The notes beneath the pieces are model-generated. The model was not told the origin of the DNA. It did no database searches and saw nothing but the letters and a program-made list of their open reading frames with translations. From NCBI GenBank assembly GCA_965218095.1, contig OZ244587.1, forward strand, positions 3,424,001 through 3,488,000: 64,000 nt of DNA. Reading direction: 5' to 3'. A program made the translations under genes and the position numbers. The stretch comes from Candidatus Poribacteria bacterium (GTDB taxonomy: Bacteria > Poribacteria > WGA-4E > PCPOR2b). Shown here in pieces: positions 53,142-63,546 of this stretch; positions within the stretch are counted from its first letter, which is position 1; each line of letters begins with the position of its first letter.

Positions 53142-54470
53142 ATGAAGACAATTACACCAGCAACTTTCATCATAGCTTACCTGACACTGATTTGTGGTTG
53201 CCAACAGGCATTCAAAAGTGCCTTCGTCGATGCGGGTGAAATTGACAAACAGCTTGTTAACTATGCACTGCCTGAGAACGGGGCTATGATTTTTGTTTCG
53301 CAAGATAATCCCAATCATCCCGCCTCAACCTTGACAGATGGGGTTACGAGTTCTGAAAACTGGGATTCAGGTGAAGGCTGGGAAGTGGACTTTGATGGCG
53401 CCTATGAATATGGGGGATACACGGAGGTTGGAGAAAGCGAGCGGCTGGCGGATTTCAGGTTTGGAGAACAAGCAACACGTCAGCGCGCCGATGGGAGTCA
53501 GAGCAATTACAAAAGCAGAGGCATTTCTGGTACCGGGTTCCGCGGCGCCACTTCTTCAGCAGTTGGATGGGTTGTTATTGAACTTCCAGAAGAAAAGCTG
53601 GTTACCCGCGTTATCGTCCACACCGTTGATTCGGAAAGGTATCCCGCGAGTAAGTATGGCATCAGCGATTTTGTTGTGCAATATTGGACGCCACAAGCGA
53701 AAGGATGGAATAATGTCAACCGGCTTGGGAAAAAAGTTGGAGAGCAGCACAATAGCATCCGCAACAACAAGCAAGGACGAGTTGTCGTGCGTTTTAAGCC
53801 GGTGCGGACTTCGAGGATTCGTCTGGTCATACGGTTGACAAACGACACCGAGATCTACAACAAAAGGCGTTCCTTTGGTTATGTACGTGGGATGTTCAGC
53901 CGCATCAACATCCACAACATGCAGGGAACAATCCGACTCACTGAGATCGAGATTTACGGGCTTGAGAAGAAGCATGAGGTTGCGTCAGTCACATCGAGCC
54001 AACCTGAAGCTGACGAACAATTTCTTGATGGGATCTTTGCAGAAACGCACCCCGAGCTCGCATCATCGCCGACTCTTGAAGAGACTCCACCTGCTATGGC
54101 GGTTGCGCCTGTCGATTCACGGACGCAAATCGAAAGCGTGATACGTGCTTATGAGTCCGCTTACAGGAATCAAGATCTTTCCGTGTTGATGGTAACCATA
54201 TCTCCCAACTATTCGAGAGATGGTGAAGATTACGAGCAATTCCGGGGAAAGATGGCAGGGCTATTCCAAAAATATATGCAGATTAATTTTTCGGTGCAAC
54301 GATTTCGGATTCAACCTGCAACCGGGACAGCAACAGTTGAGGCGGATTATGCCGTTGCCTTGACTTCGGCGGGAAGTTCACCCTCGACGCTTTCAGGCAA
54401 GCTGTTTTTTTCACTGATTGAATCGGAAAGCGGCTGGCAGATCACTCGTATTGATACACAAAGGCAATGA
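53142..54470 (+). CDS. Lipoprotein with discoidin-like domain and C-terminal NTF2-like domain
   Basis: ICGC lipobox; LTDG...W, RLTEIEIYG; IESVIRAYESAY. Confidence 0.65.
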   Translation: MKTITPATFIIAYLTLICGCQQAFKSAFVDAGEIDKQLVNYALPENGAMIFVSQDNPNHPASTLTDGVTSSENWDSGEGWEVDFDGAYEYGGYTEVGESERLADFRFGEQATRQRADGSQSNYKSRGISGTGFRGATSSAVGWVVIELPEEKLVTRVIVHTVDSERYPASKYGISDFVVQYWTPQAKGWNNVNRLGKKVGEQHNSIRNNKQGRVVVRFKPVRTSRIRLVIRLTNDTEIYNKRRSFGYVRGMFSRINIHNMQGTIRLTEIEIYGLEKKHEVASVTSSQPEADEQFLDGIFAETHPELASSPTLEETPPAMAVAPVDSRTQIESVIRAYESAYRNQDLSVLMVTISPNYSRDGEDYEQFRGKMAGLFQKYMQINFSVQRFRIQPATGTATVEADYAVALTSAGSSPSTLSGKLFFSLIESESGWQITRIDTQRQ

Positions 54471-54549
54471 CATGGATCCTATACATCTTCACTTCACACT
54501 TTGTGCTTCACAGCTCCGAAACGCAGTCTTGCTTCGCGGACCTGCCCCG

Positions 54550-55383
54550 ATGCTTCGGAGTTTTACGTTTCATGTCTTGCCAATTGTGCTCTGTTCTCTC
54601 GTTGCGCTCAATGGATGTAGCAGCCCGGCTGCCAATTTTCAGTTGTCCCCCGCTGACGCCGAAAAGTTGAATCCAATTCTCGCAGAGCTCCAATTGAGTT
54701 ATGATCTCATTTCGACCTTAAAAATACTGCAAATGATTGTGACCATTGAGGAACAGGGCAAAAAGGAGGAAGTCCGTGAATCCCTTTGGTACAAAAAATC
54801 GGAGACCGATGGCGATCTCTTGCACATTCAGGCATTAGGACCTCTCAATGAGACGCGAGTTGTTTCCATTGCCGCACGAAGGCAGTTTCTGCTCTACCTC
54901 GTCAATGAGCAAGAAGTGATCTTTGAACCATTGGAGGATGGGGTGTTACAAGAGATTTTTGGAATAGACTTGCGGGTTTCCGATGTTCGCATCGCGATTT
55001 TCGCTAATCCCTTCCTTGATAGGCGTACACACGAATTGTCCCTGGAACACTCCAGCGCAAAGTATGTCGTGACGCGGCCTGGCATCAAAAAGGGACAGAT
55101 CGAACAGATCACAATCTTCGTGCGTGATTCTGAACCACAGGTCAGCGATTGGAAGGTCCGTGAAAAGAATGGGGCAATCATTCAACAGGTAAAGTTCTCA
55201 GATTATCGAGAAGTCGGCGGCATTTCGCGGGCGCATAAAATTGAGATTGAGCGGCCCATTGAAGAGACGCGAGTTGTATTGAAAATTGTAAAACCGGAAA
55301 TCAATGGCGATATCAGCGATAAAAAGTTCGAGTTCGAGCCATTTTTAACGGAAGCTACAAAGCGCCGATCTTTGAGGAAGTAG
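54550..55383 (+). CDS. LolA/LolB-like lipoprotein (DUF4292-like); start uncertain
   Basis: LNGC lipobox, FSDYREVGG, position upstream of ispE like lolB. Confidence 0.6.
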   Translation: MLRSFTFHVLPIVLCSLVALNGCSSPAANFQLSPADAEKLNPILAELQLSYDLISTLKILQMIVTIEEQGKKEEVRESLWYKKSETDGDLLHIQALGPLNETRVVSIAARRQFLLYLVNEQEVIFEPLEDGVLQEIFGIDLRVSDVRIAIFANPFLDRRTHELSLEHSSAKYVVTRPGIKKGQIEQITIFVRDSEPQVSDWKVREKNGAIIQQVKFSDYREVGGISRAHKIEIERPIEETRVVLKIVKPEINGDISDKKFEFEPFLTEATKRRSLRK

Positions 55384-55384
55384 C

Positions 55385-56269
55385 ATGGGAAAGTTCGACC
55401 TGCGCGTACACGCATACGCGAAGATTAACCTGTATCTTGATGTTATCAGGAAGCGCCCTGATGGGTATCACGAGATCGAAACGATCTTTCATTCAATCGG
55501 GCTGCATGACGACGTTATCCTCCGCCGGCGGGCCGATCGACAAATCAAGGTGCACTGTGGTCACCCGCAAGTGGCATGTGATGAGCGCAACCTCGCCTAT
55601 CGTGCTGCAAAGTTGCTGCTTGACAACATGCCCGAGTTGACTGGGGTTGAGATTACGATTCTGAAACGGATACCGGTTGCAGCGGGACTTGGTGGTGGCA
55701 GTGCAGATGCAGCAGCGGTGCTTTGTGGAATGAACGTGCTTTTCGAGTTAGGTCTGACGCAGGCGGATCTGATGCGCCTGGGTGCGCAACTTGGTGCAGA
55801 TGTACCGTTCTGTATTTTGGGGGGCGCTGCTTTGGGGCGCGGCATCGGTGAAATTTTGACGCCTGCGCCCCCACTGGAGGAAGTATGGCTTTTGCTTGCA
55901 AACCCCGGTCTTGAAATCTCCACAGCCTGGGTCTACCAGCAGATCAATTTATCGTTGACTGCGCCAAAAAAAAATGTTACAATTTTGGTTCGCTGCTTGC
56001 AGAATGGTGAGTTTTCCAGCCTTGCGTCCCATTTCTATAACGGCTTAGAAGTACCTGTTTTCTCTAAGTACCCTGTTGTCGCTGAACTCAAAACGAAGCT
56101 CGCCAGATGCCCTGGCAGTGGTGGGACGCTCATGTCAGGTAGTGGCGCAACGGTGTTTGCATTCATGCGAAGCCAAGCTCAAGCGAACCTCGCTGTCTCG
56201 AACTTCAAGAGCGATTTCGCTTTCTGCATTGCAACGCCCACCAGCAACGTAGGATTGCGTATTTCTTAA
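55385..56269 (+). CDS. ispE: 4-diphosphocytidyl-2-C-methyl-D-erythritol kinase
   Basis: AKINLYL, GYHEI, PVAAGLGGGSAD, GADVPF, MSGSG. Confidence 0.97.
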   Translation: MGKFDLRVHAYAKINLYLDVIRKRPDGYHEIETIFHSIGLHDDVILRRRADRQIKVHCGHPQVACDERNLAYRAAKLLLDNMPELTGVEITILKRIPVAAGLGGGSADAAAVLCGMNVLFELGLTQADLMRLGAQLGADVPFCILGGAALGRGIGEILTPAPPLEEVWLLLANPGLEISTAWVYQQINLSLTAPKKNVTILVRCLQNGEFSSLASHFYNGLEVPVFSKYPVVAELKTKLARCPGSGGTLMSGSGATVFAFMRSQAQANLAVSNFKSDFAFCIATPTSNVGLRIS

Positions 56270-56341
56270 TGGGCGGTCGCCAAGCGGTAAGGCACGGGTC
56301 TTTGGCACCCGCATGCGTAGGTTCGAGTCCTACCCGCCCAG
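56270..56341 (+). tRNA. tRNA-Gln(TTG), CCA not encoded
   Basis: Acceptor TGGGCGG/CCGCCCA, anticodon arm CGGGT-CTTTGGC-ACCCG, GGTTCGAGTCC. Confidence 0.95.
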
Positions 56342-56350
56342 TATTTTGTA

Positions 56351-56388
56351 CAAGCCGTAGCTATTATCATAGCTGCGGCTTTCTTTTG
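56351..56388 (+). terminator. Terminator after tRNA
   Basis: AAGCCGTAGCTAT/ATAGCTGCGGCTT then TCTTTT. Confidence 0.65.
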
Positions 56389-56423
56389 TTCGGGAAAAAT
56401 CGTAAACTTTCAGGAGAATTATC

Positions 56424-57083
56424 ATGCAACTACTTAGATTTGAAGCCCAGAAACGGGAGGTTGCTGGCAAAGGGGCAGCGCGCTCCCTTCGCCGTGCAGG
56501 TCACATCCCCGCGGTCCTATATGGTCGCAAAGGCGAGGTTATCTCTCTCCGGATCGATGGCCGAGGATTTCAGCACTTCCTGCGATCACACGGGGAGAAT
56601 GCTTTTATTGATTTAGAAGTTGTTGATCACGGTGTCGAAACTGTTATGGTTAAAGAAATTCAGAGAGATCCGGCAAGCCATCAACTACTCCATACGGATT
56701 TCATGCGGATCTCGATGAAGGAGCCGATTACTTCACTAGTACCTATTGTCCTGGTCGGATCTGCTGCTGGTGTCCAAGAGGGAGGCGTCCTTGAATTCCC
56801 GTACCGACAATTAATGATACATTGCCTCCCAACGCTTTTACCCGAAGACATCGAGATTGATATCAGCCAGTTGGAGATTAATGACAGTATTTATGTCAGC
56901 GATCTCTCTCTTGCTGAAGACATGGAAGTGATCAGCGATCCTCACACAAGGATCGTCGCCATTAGCCCACCGAAGGTTGAAACGGAGGCGGTGGAAGCCG
57001 AGGAAGAAATCGAGGAAGAAGCCGAAACAACCGCTGATGAAGGACCAGAGGTTATCTCTCGGAAAGGTGATGATGAGGAATAA
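56424..57083 (+). CDS. rplY: 50S ribosomal protein L25/Ctc
   Basis: RSLRRAGHIPAVLYG, H.DF, acidic tail. Confidence 0.96.
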   Translation: MQLLRFEAQKREVAGKGAARSLRRAGHIPAVLYGRKGEVISLRIDGRGFQHFLRSHGENAFIDLEVVDHGVETVMVKEIQRDPASHQLLHTDFMRISMKEPITSLVPIVLVGSAAGVQEGGVLEFPYRQLMIHCLPTLLPEDIEIDISQLEINDSIYVSDLSLAEDMEVISDPHTRIVAISPPKVETEAVEAEEEIEEEAETTADEGPEVISRKGDDEE

Positions 57084-58237
57084 TGGCGCGACAATCGCTT
57101 CTACTTATTGTGATGTTGTTAGCGGGCTATAGAATGTTCAGTTTTGCGCAGTCATCGTCGATCCGCTTCATTGACGAGGGGGGCAAAGCCCTTGCCCAGG
57201 CGGAAGTTGTTGTGCAGAGCGGAGGTCTGTATCTCACAATTGACGCCTTGCGAGGTGCATTCGACCCGGACCTGAAGCAACAGTATAGCGCTCTGACAAA
57301 GCGGCTGACTTTAAATCTTAAAGGGAAGCAGATTCGTCTTCGGATTGATAGGCTTTCCGTGACGATCGATCCGGACGAGGGGCGGCTATCGCTGTCTCGT
57401 CCCCCGCTTACCATTGAGGGACAACGAATGCTCCCGCTCGAATTTTTTACTGAACTCATCCCCCAGGTCTACGATTTTGAGGTGTTTTATAACCCCGCGT
57501 TACAAACGATACACATTAAAGAAAAAACGGCGCCACTTCCCAGCTTTCCTTCCCTTTCGTCTCCGGCGCAACAGGCAGAATTTCTGGTCATTGTTGATCC
57601 GGGACACGGCGGCACCGATACGGGTTGCCGAGGAAGTACAGGGGTTCTCGAAAAAGATATCGTCCTCGATCTTGCAAAACAGATTGCGGAGGTTTCTCGC
57701 CAGAATCAGATTCGTGTCCTGTTGACGCGGGATGCAGACCTCGATCGAAGACCGACAGAACGAATCGATATTGCGAATCGGAATCAGGGGAAGCTCTTTC
57801 TGAGCCTGCACTGTAATGCTTCTTTTTCGATGCAGGCTGAAGGCATCCACCTTTACGTCAACAATCCCCGGGGCGAACTGCAATCAGGAGGCCCATTGAT
57901 GGACTCTGACGAAACATCGCAGAATAACACAATTATCCAGGCACTCTCCCAGGAAGATTTCCTGATGCAGAGCCGCCAGTTTGCCGCCATTCTCCAAAAG
58001 GAATTAGCGTTGCTCTCGCCTTCACTGATTCTTTTTACTGAAGTCCCTTTGGCAACATTGTCAGGCGTCTACATGCCGGCGGTTGTCGTTGAGATTGGCT
58101 ATTTATCCAACGAGACCGACGAAACGCGTCTCACAGACGCTGACAACGTTGCCTCTATGGCGGCGGCAATATTGCAGGCAATCCAGATATATATTACAGA
58201 ATCACATCAGGTCGGCGAAGCTGTAAACGGTGAATGA
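57083..58237 (+). CDS. N-acetylmuramoyl-L-alanine amidase (Amidase_3)
   Basis: DPGHGG, EKD, SLHCN, VEIGYLSN. Confidence 0.92.
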   Translation: MARQSLLLIVMLLAGYRMFSFAQSSSIRFIDEGGKALAQAEVVVQSGGLYLTIDALRGAFDPDLKQQYSALTKRLTLNLKGKQIRLRIDRLSVTIDPDEGRLSLSRPPLTIEGQRMLPLEFFTELIPQVYDFEVFYNPALQTIHIKEKTAPLPSFPSLSSPAQQAEFLVIVDPGHGGTDTGCRGSTGVLEKDIVLDLAKQIAEVSRQNQIRVLLTRDADLDRRPTERIDIANRNQGKLFLSLHCNASFSMQAEGIHLYVNNPRGELQSGGPLMDSDETSQNNTIIQALSQEDFLMQSRQFAAILQKELALLSPSLILFTEVPLATLSGVYMPAVVVEIGYLSNETDETRLTDADNVASMAAAILQAIQIYITESHQVGEAVNGE

Positions 58238-58859
58238 TGCAATGGGCGACGATGCAAAATCTAAGCGGATTTGGCGAATTGCTATCTCAGGTGCCGCCAT
58301 CATAATCGTTGTTTTTGTTTCAGCGATATTAATATCACGTTGTTCTAAACATCCCGATCGAATGCCTCCGCTCCTCCCTTCTTCTGTTGTCACACCTATC
58401 GACACCCCACTCGTGCTCCAGAAATGTACGCTTTTTTTCTTTGATATGGATGTGCTCGCGCTTGTTGGTGAAGAAAGAGAGTTGCGCGTATCCCAAGATA
58501 TTACCGAACGCCTTAAACAGATTATCTCTGAACTTTTCAGTAACTCTACCAGCGGCTTACACAAAACCATCCCTAATGGTACATTTCTTTATGAAGTGTA
58601 TATTGATGACCAATCAATCGCGTATTTGGACTTCTCACACCATCTCAAAGATGGACATATCGGTGGTACAACTGCCGAAATCCTTACCGTGAAAACCATC
58701 CTGCGAACTCTTCAGGCGAATTTTCCTGATCAGATCAAAAAGGTGCAGATCCTCATCGAAGGGCTCGAAGCGGATACGATTGCAGGACACGTCGATATTT
58801 CAAAACCGTTAGCCCTTCCACCTGAAGTCGTGAGTGAGGTAGTGGAGGAGCCGGAATGA
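58230..58859 (+). CDS. GerMN domain protein
   Basis: AYLDFS, GGTTAE, VQILIEG, GHVD. Confidence 0.88.
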   Translation: MNDAMGDDAKSKRIWRIAISGAAIIIVVFVSAILISRCSKHPDRMPPLLPSSVVTPIDTPLVLQKCTLFFFDMDVLALVGEERELRVSQDITERLKQIISELFSNSTSGLHKTIPNGTFLYEVYIDDQSIAYLDFSHHLKDGHIGGTTAEILTVKTILRTLQANFPDQIKKVQILIEGLEADTIAGHVDISKPLALPPEVVSEVVEEPE

Positions 58860-59031
58860 TCAAAAGAGGCAAGAAAGGAGGGATCAAAGGCACAGGACAC
58901 GAGCAAAAGCGGGAATGGGTCAATAAGTTCATGAGTTCAGTGGTTCATTGATTACACATTACGTTTTATGCATTACGCATTACGCATCACGTTTCACGCA
59001 ACATGGAATATGTTAAGTGCAGGTACTAACA

Positions 59032-59622
59032 ATGTCTAAGCCAGTAAAATTAATTGTTGGGCTTGGAAATCCTGGCCCACGCTATGAAAACACCAGGCAC
59101 AACCTCGGATTTTGGGTCGTCAATCAACTTCTCCTGAGATTGCGCTTAGATCGCCTGGAGCACTCGTGCCGGTCGCTTATCGCTCGGACGGAATTGCACG
59201 GCTTGGAAACGATCTTTGCCAAACCGATGACCTACATGAACAACAGCGGGCAAGCTGTCAGCCAGCTCGTTCAACGCTTTGACATCACCCTGGGTGATTT
59301 ATGCGTGGTCTGTGATGACCTGAACCTGGACATCGGTGTACTCCGCGTGCGGCAGGCGGGGAGTAACGGTGGGCATAACGGAATGAGTTCGATTATCCTC
59401 CATCTCGGTACACAGGATTTTCCACGTTTGCGCGTAGGAATTGGGAAAGCGGAGGGTGACTGGATGGATTACGTCCTTAGCGAATTTTCCACCGCCGATC
59501 GGGAGGAAATCGATTGGGTAGTTCAATTCGCCGCTGACGCGGTTGAGACATTCGTGACAGATGGCGTCCAGGCGGCTATGAACCGGTTTAATGGACGGGT
59601 CGAACCGAGGCGTGATTCCTGA
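59032..59622 (+). CDS. pth: Peptidyl-tRNA hydrolase
   Basis: VGLGNPG..Y..TRHN.G, KP.TYMN.SG, GGHNG. Confidence 0.97.
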   Translation: MSKPVKLIVGLGNPGPRYENTRHNLGFWVVNQLLLRLRLDRLEHSCRSLIARTELHGLETIFAKPMTYMNNSGQAVSQLVQRFDITLGDLCVVCDDLNLDIGVLRVRQAGSNGGHNGMSSIILHLGTQDFPRLRVGIGKAEGDWMDYVLSEFSTADREEIDWVVQFAADAVETFVTDGVQAAMNRFNGRVEPRRDS

Positions 59623-59649
59623 ACGTAACAAACGAATGTAAGCGTGGAA

Positions 59650-60276
59650 CTAAGGGTTGTCGTGCATCTGTGAAATCGAAGATCGAAGAATACCAGTAAT
59701 TTCGGATAAAACCTCTAAAGGCATGCCTGTCGCATCAACCTTTTTGATCAGGTGTGGCGAGTAATGGGATAAGGTTGGGGCAGTTTGGGCTTCATATTCC
59801 TCAAAACGCCGCCTGATGACCTCTTCATTAGCATCATCAAGCCGATTTTCATGCAGCGCCCGTTGCTTCATACGCCGAACTAGCACCTCGGTGTCCTGGC
59901 ATTGTAGATAGATGATCTGAAGGACATTGATATAATCCTCCATCGCCTGCGCCTGTGGCAGGTTGCGTGGAATACCATCCGAAACTAGATAATCTGTCTC
60001 CGGGTGAAACTGCTCGCCTTGTATCAGCTTATCAATATGGTCATACCATAATTGAATCGCCAGATCGTCAGGAACAAACTTGCCTTTGCTGGAATATGCT
60101 AGGAAGATCCTCCCGAGCTTGCTATTGGGGACGAGTCTGCGAAATACCTCTCCACAAGCGATATGCACAAACCCTGGAATCTGGTTGAGAATTTTGCCCT
60201 GAGTTCCTTTTCCCGTGCCCGGGGCACCAAAGATTAAAAATGTTCGATACCTGGTTGCGGGCTGCATCAATTCCAA
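59650..60276 (-). CDS. adk: Adenylate kinase (short, LID-less type)
   Basis: GAPGTGKGTQ, VPDD, DGIPR, RLDD. Confidence 0.85.
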   Translation of the reverse strand: MELMQPATRYRTFLIFGAPGTGKGTQGKILNQIPGFVHIACGEVFRRLVPNSKLGRIFLAYSSKGKFVPDDLAIQLWYDHIDKLIQGEQFHPETDYLVSDGIPRNLPQAQAMEDYINVLQIIYLQCQDTEVLVRRMKQRALHENRLDDANEEVIRRRFEEYEAQTAPTLSHYSPHLIKKVDATGMPLEVLSEITGILRSSISQMHDNP

Positions 60277-60300
60277 CTCCCTTTCCTTCGCTTTGGCTGA

Positions 60301-61292
60301 TCAATCGATTGATTCCACCCATTTGTTCGGCGCCATATCGATTTCGTATTCAGCAAAGACGCGATTAATTTCGGCCTTCACATCATCTGTCAGCTTCCAG
60401 CCAACAGCACCCATGTTGTCTTCAACTTCGGAAACGTGCCTTGCCCCGACGAGCGAGATGCTGACCGCCGGCTGGGAAAAAACCCAATTGAGTGCAAGAT
60501 GGGGAAGCTTTTTGCCGAGCCGTTCTGCAATCGTCTTGAGTTCATTAACCGCCTGAACGTTACGTTTGAAAACCTCTGGCATAAATAACTTCAGCGACAT
60601 ATTGGTGCCACCTTTGCGCCGCCAATCATCTTCCTCAAAGGTCGTTTCCTCTGTAAACGCTCCCGACAGCAAGCCGAAGGCAAGCGAACCATACGTCATG
60701 ACACCAATCCGTTGCTCCTGGCCATAAGGGAAGATCCATTTCGCCATGCGTCGATCAAAAAGATGGCAGCCGTACTGTAAAACATCGACACGCCGTGTTT
60801 CCATGCACGTCTTGATTTCGTCTAGCGTGAAATTGGATAGGCCGACATATCGACCTTTCCCTGCTGCACAATCTCCTCCAGCGCCCGTATTGTCTCATCA
60901 AACGGCGTTGCGCGATCGGGCCAATGAACCAGATACACATCGACATAATCGGTGTTAAGCGCTTTCAAGTTGCGATCGATGGTGGCATACACCATTGAGC
61001 GGCGGCTATCCCTCTCCTTCGGGCGATCGTTTTTGTAGTGTATGCCAAATTTCGTGACGACGATGACATCTTTACGTCGGTTTCCCAACGCTTTCGCTAA
61101 CAGTCTCTCAGACCTACCCATCCCATAGGCTTCAGCGGTATCAAAGCAGTTGATTCCGAGCTCGATGGCGCGATGGATCGCCGCAATCACCTCTGATTCC
61201 TCGATTGCACCGTAACCGCTACCCATCTCCCAGCAGCCAAACCCAATCGCTGAAACCTGCAGCCCTGTCTGCCCAAATGGTCGATATTCCAC
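60301..61292 (-). pseudogene. Aldo/keto reductase split by a 1-bp frameshift near 60851
   Basis: GFGCW, FDTAEAYG, YLVHWPD upstream; YVGLSNF continues in the next frame. Confidence 0.85.
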
Positions 61293-61480
61293 GATTTACC
61301 TCCAGTTTTTAACCTTTCTGAACTTCGGGAGCGCCTGACCGTAAATCCATTTCCGACCTCATCATTGTATTATGTTCTGCCGCAATTGTCAAGGATAGAA
61401 AGACTTAGAAAGTGTAGATCTGGTTTGTGCTTCAAAGTTGATGTTGCGCAGGGTATCGAGAAGGATCCTGAATATCGGAA

Positions 61481-61525
61481 AAAGAAAAGCCCCGCACTCA
61501 ATGTTGAGATGCAGGGCCTTTCTTT
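61481..61525. terminator. Bidirectional terminator-like hairpin
   Basis: AAAGAAAAGCCC...GGGCCTTTCTTT. Confidence 0.55.
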
Positions 61526-61541
61526 ATAGTTTAGGCAATCT

Positions 61542-61967
61542 CTATTGCTGTCCCTCAAGTATCTCCTCAATGTAACGGTTTACCACCGCTATCATGATGT
61601 CTAAGGATACGCCATTCTCTCTCGCTTTGTTGAACAAATACTCAGTGTCGAGTCTTAGTATAACAAGGTTGGCATCAAAATCTGGCTCGGCTTGGTATAT
61701 CCCTTCAATCTTGTCTGTCAGTTCGGTGTCCAGAAGATTTCTGCCTTCTTCAGTCAACACTTTCTTACCAGCCGTGGGCGCCAAATAACGAGGTATGGAA
61801 TTAACAACTACACTCTGGATTCGTCTCAAGTAGGACGGCCACACCGGATCGTCCAGATTGACTAACACCCTGGTATTTTCCGCGGTCTCCAACAAGTTCT
61901 TAAGAGTAAGATTTATCTGTTCATCACGACTCTCTAAACGTTCGAGCGTTGTCGAAGCATTAATCAA
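61542..61967 (-). CDS. Hypothetical protein (start uncertain)
   Basis: 141-aa protein-like ORF followed by terminator. Confidence 0.55.
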   Translation of the reverse strand: MINASTTLERLESRDEQINLTLKNLLETAENTRVLVNLDDPVWPSYLRRIQSVVVNSIPRYLAPTAGKKVLTEEGRNLLDTELTDKIEGIYQAEPDFDANLVILRLDTEYLFNKARENGVSLDIMIAVVNRYIEEILEGQQ

Positions 61968-62133
61968 ACTGACAAACCCTATAATGAGAGAAATTGTTTC
62001 TTACCCCACATTTTTTACACTTTGCACACCGGACAGACATATTACACTTTTGCTTTTAGCTTGTCAAGAACTTTTCCAAAATCTGACACATGATTGTGCA
62101 AGACGTATTTTCGACCACTACAATTTTTCAAAG

Positions 62134-62991
62134 TCACAATATAAACCGAACTTCCAAAAGCAGCAGCCGCCCACAAAACTCGCCTATAAACACCGTCAAC
62201 ATGGCAATATAGAGAAATCCTGTCGCGGCGCGTGTTGCACCGACGACATCCCTCCGGGTTGACTTATCGCGCAGGCAGTCCCAAATAATAATGTACATCA
62301 CAACCGATCCGCCAAACCCAAGGAGAATCCGCAGCGAGAACGCGAGTTGATGGAAAAAGTTCAAGGGATTCGCATCGGCTGCTTGCCATCGAAGAAACAC
62401 ATTCAGTACGAAAAACGAGATCGACAAAACCAGCGAAACCAGAAAAATTTGATTGAATCTCTTGAGGTGGATGATAGGCAGGCGTGGAGTCACAAGATAC
62501 CAGTGACCGAACCACATGCCGCTGTTCACCGCACCCAATAAAACAGCAGAAACGAGGAATTGCGCGGGTAACAAAAAGCCTTCCGCAGGAAGGTCAATCA
62601 ACGCTAGGTAGGATCTCGCGCTGTACACGATCCAAACGAAGCCATAGACTGAACCCACAATTAGGAGGGTACGGTTAATGATAGGCGGTTTCAGCCACAA
62701 ACTCACCGTGTAGAAAAGGAGAAGTAAAAAGAAAACGAGAGCGAAAACAGAATCTTGCCCCTGCCATGCGGAGAAAAAACTCCCGACATTGACTGTATGG
62801 TGGTTGATTGCCAAGTTGGCGCAGCGTGCTAACGCGACGATAAGCAGGTAGATTGCCCCCATGAGCCTGTAAAACCCGCGTCCTACCAAGCTCGTGGGTA
62901 TGATGAGCAGCAGCGCAAGACCGCCGACCGCTAATTGGCTGAAAACGAGATAAAAGATGAGAACCATACGAGTTAAGACGCTCCGTACCAA
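62134..62991 (-). CDS. Polytopic membrane protein (DmsC/NrfD anchor-like)
   Basis: About eight TM helices; MWFGHWYL, AATGFLY. Confidence 0.7.
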   Translation of the reverse strand: MVRSVLTRMVLIFYLVFSQLAVGGLALLLIIPTSLVGRGFYRLMGAIYLLIVALARCANLAINHHTVNVGSFFSAWQGQDSVFALVFFLLLLFYTVSLWLKPPIINRTLLIVGSVYGFVWIVYSARSYLALIDLPAEGFLLPAQFLVSAVLLGAVNSGMWFGHWYLVTPRLPIIHLKRFNQIFLVSLVLSISFFVLNVFLRWQAADANPLNFFHQLAFSLRILLGFGGSVVMYIIIWDCLRDKSTRRDVVGATRAATGFLYIAMLTVFIGEFCGRLLLLEVRFIL

Positions 62992-62994
62992 AAG

Positions 62995-63030
62995 AAAAAC
63001 CCATCACAGTCGAGAGACTGCAATGGGTTT
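62995..63030 (-). terminator. Terminator after rplL
   Basis: AAAACCCAT..CAGTC-GAGA-GACTG..ATGGGTTTT. Confidence 0.7.
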
Positions 63031-63055
63031 TGCGTTTATCTGGAGAAGTTTGAGG

Positions 63056-63463
63056 TTAGAGAATCTCTACAACAGCATTAACGGCTTCCAACTGTTCCTT
63101 AATCTTCTCAGCTTCCTCTTTGGTGATACCTTCCTTGATAACATTTGGAGTAGCTTCCACAGCCTCTTTAGCTTCTTTAAGTCCGAGTCCAGTGACTGCG
63201 CGCACCTCTTTAATCACGGGAATTTTATTGGGTCCAATTTCCTTCAGTTGGACATCAAACTCAGTCTGCTCCTCTTCTTCAGGCGCAGCTTCCTCAGCGG
63301 TGCCTTCTGCTGTTGCTCCTAGCATCATACCGGGACCAGGCATCACCATTGGTGCAGCAGCGGCGCTCACACCAAACTTATCTTCAAGCGCTTTCACCAA
63401 CTCAGAAAGCTCTAAAACTGTCATACCACTGATCTCATCAATCAGCTTTTCAACATCAGTCAT
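63056..63463 (-). CDS. rplL: 50S ribosomal protein L7/L12
   Basis: [37 protein letters not shown]. Confidence 0.98.
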   Translation of the reverse strand: MTDVEKLIDEISGMTVLELSELVKALEDKFGVSAAAAPMVMPGPGMMLGATAEGTAEEAAPEEEEQTEFDVQLKEIGPNKIPVIKEVRAVTGLGLKEAKEAVEATPNVIKEGITKEEAEKIKEQLEAVNAVVEIL

Positions 63464-63546
63464 TGTTCTATTCCTTTCTTATCTTAAGAAAAATAAGTCT
63501 ATCAGCATTCAGCTTTCAGCCGATTACTGACAACTTTGCTTAAAAG

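Noticed and set aside
56269-56616. 115-aa ORF
   Set aside because: Overlaps tRNA-Gln and rplY out of frame
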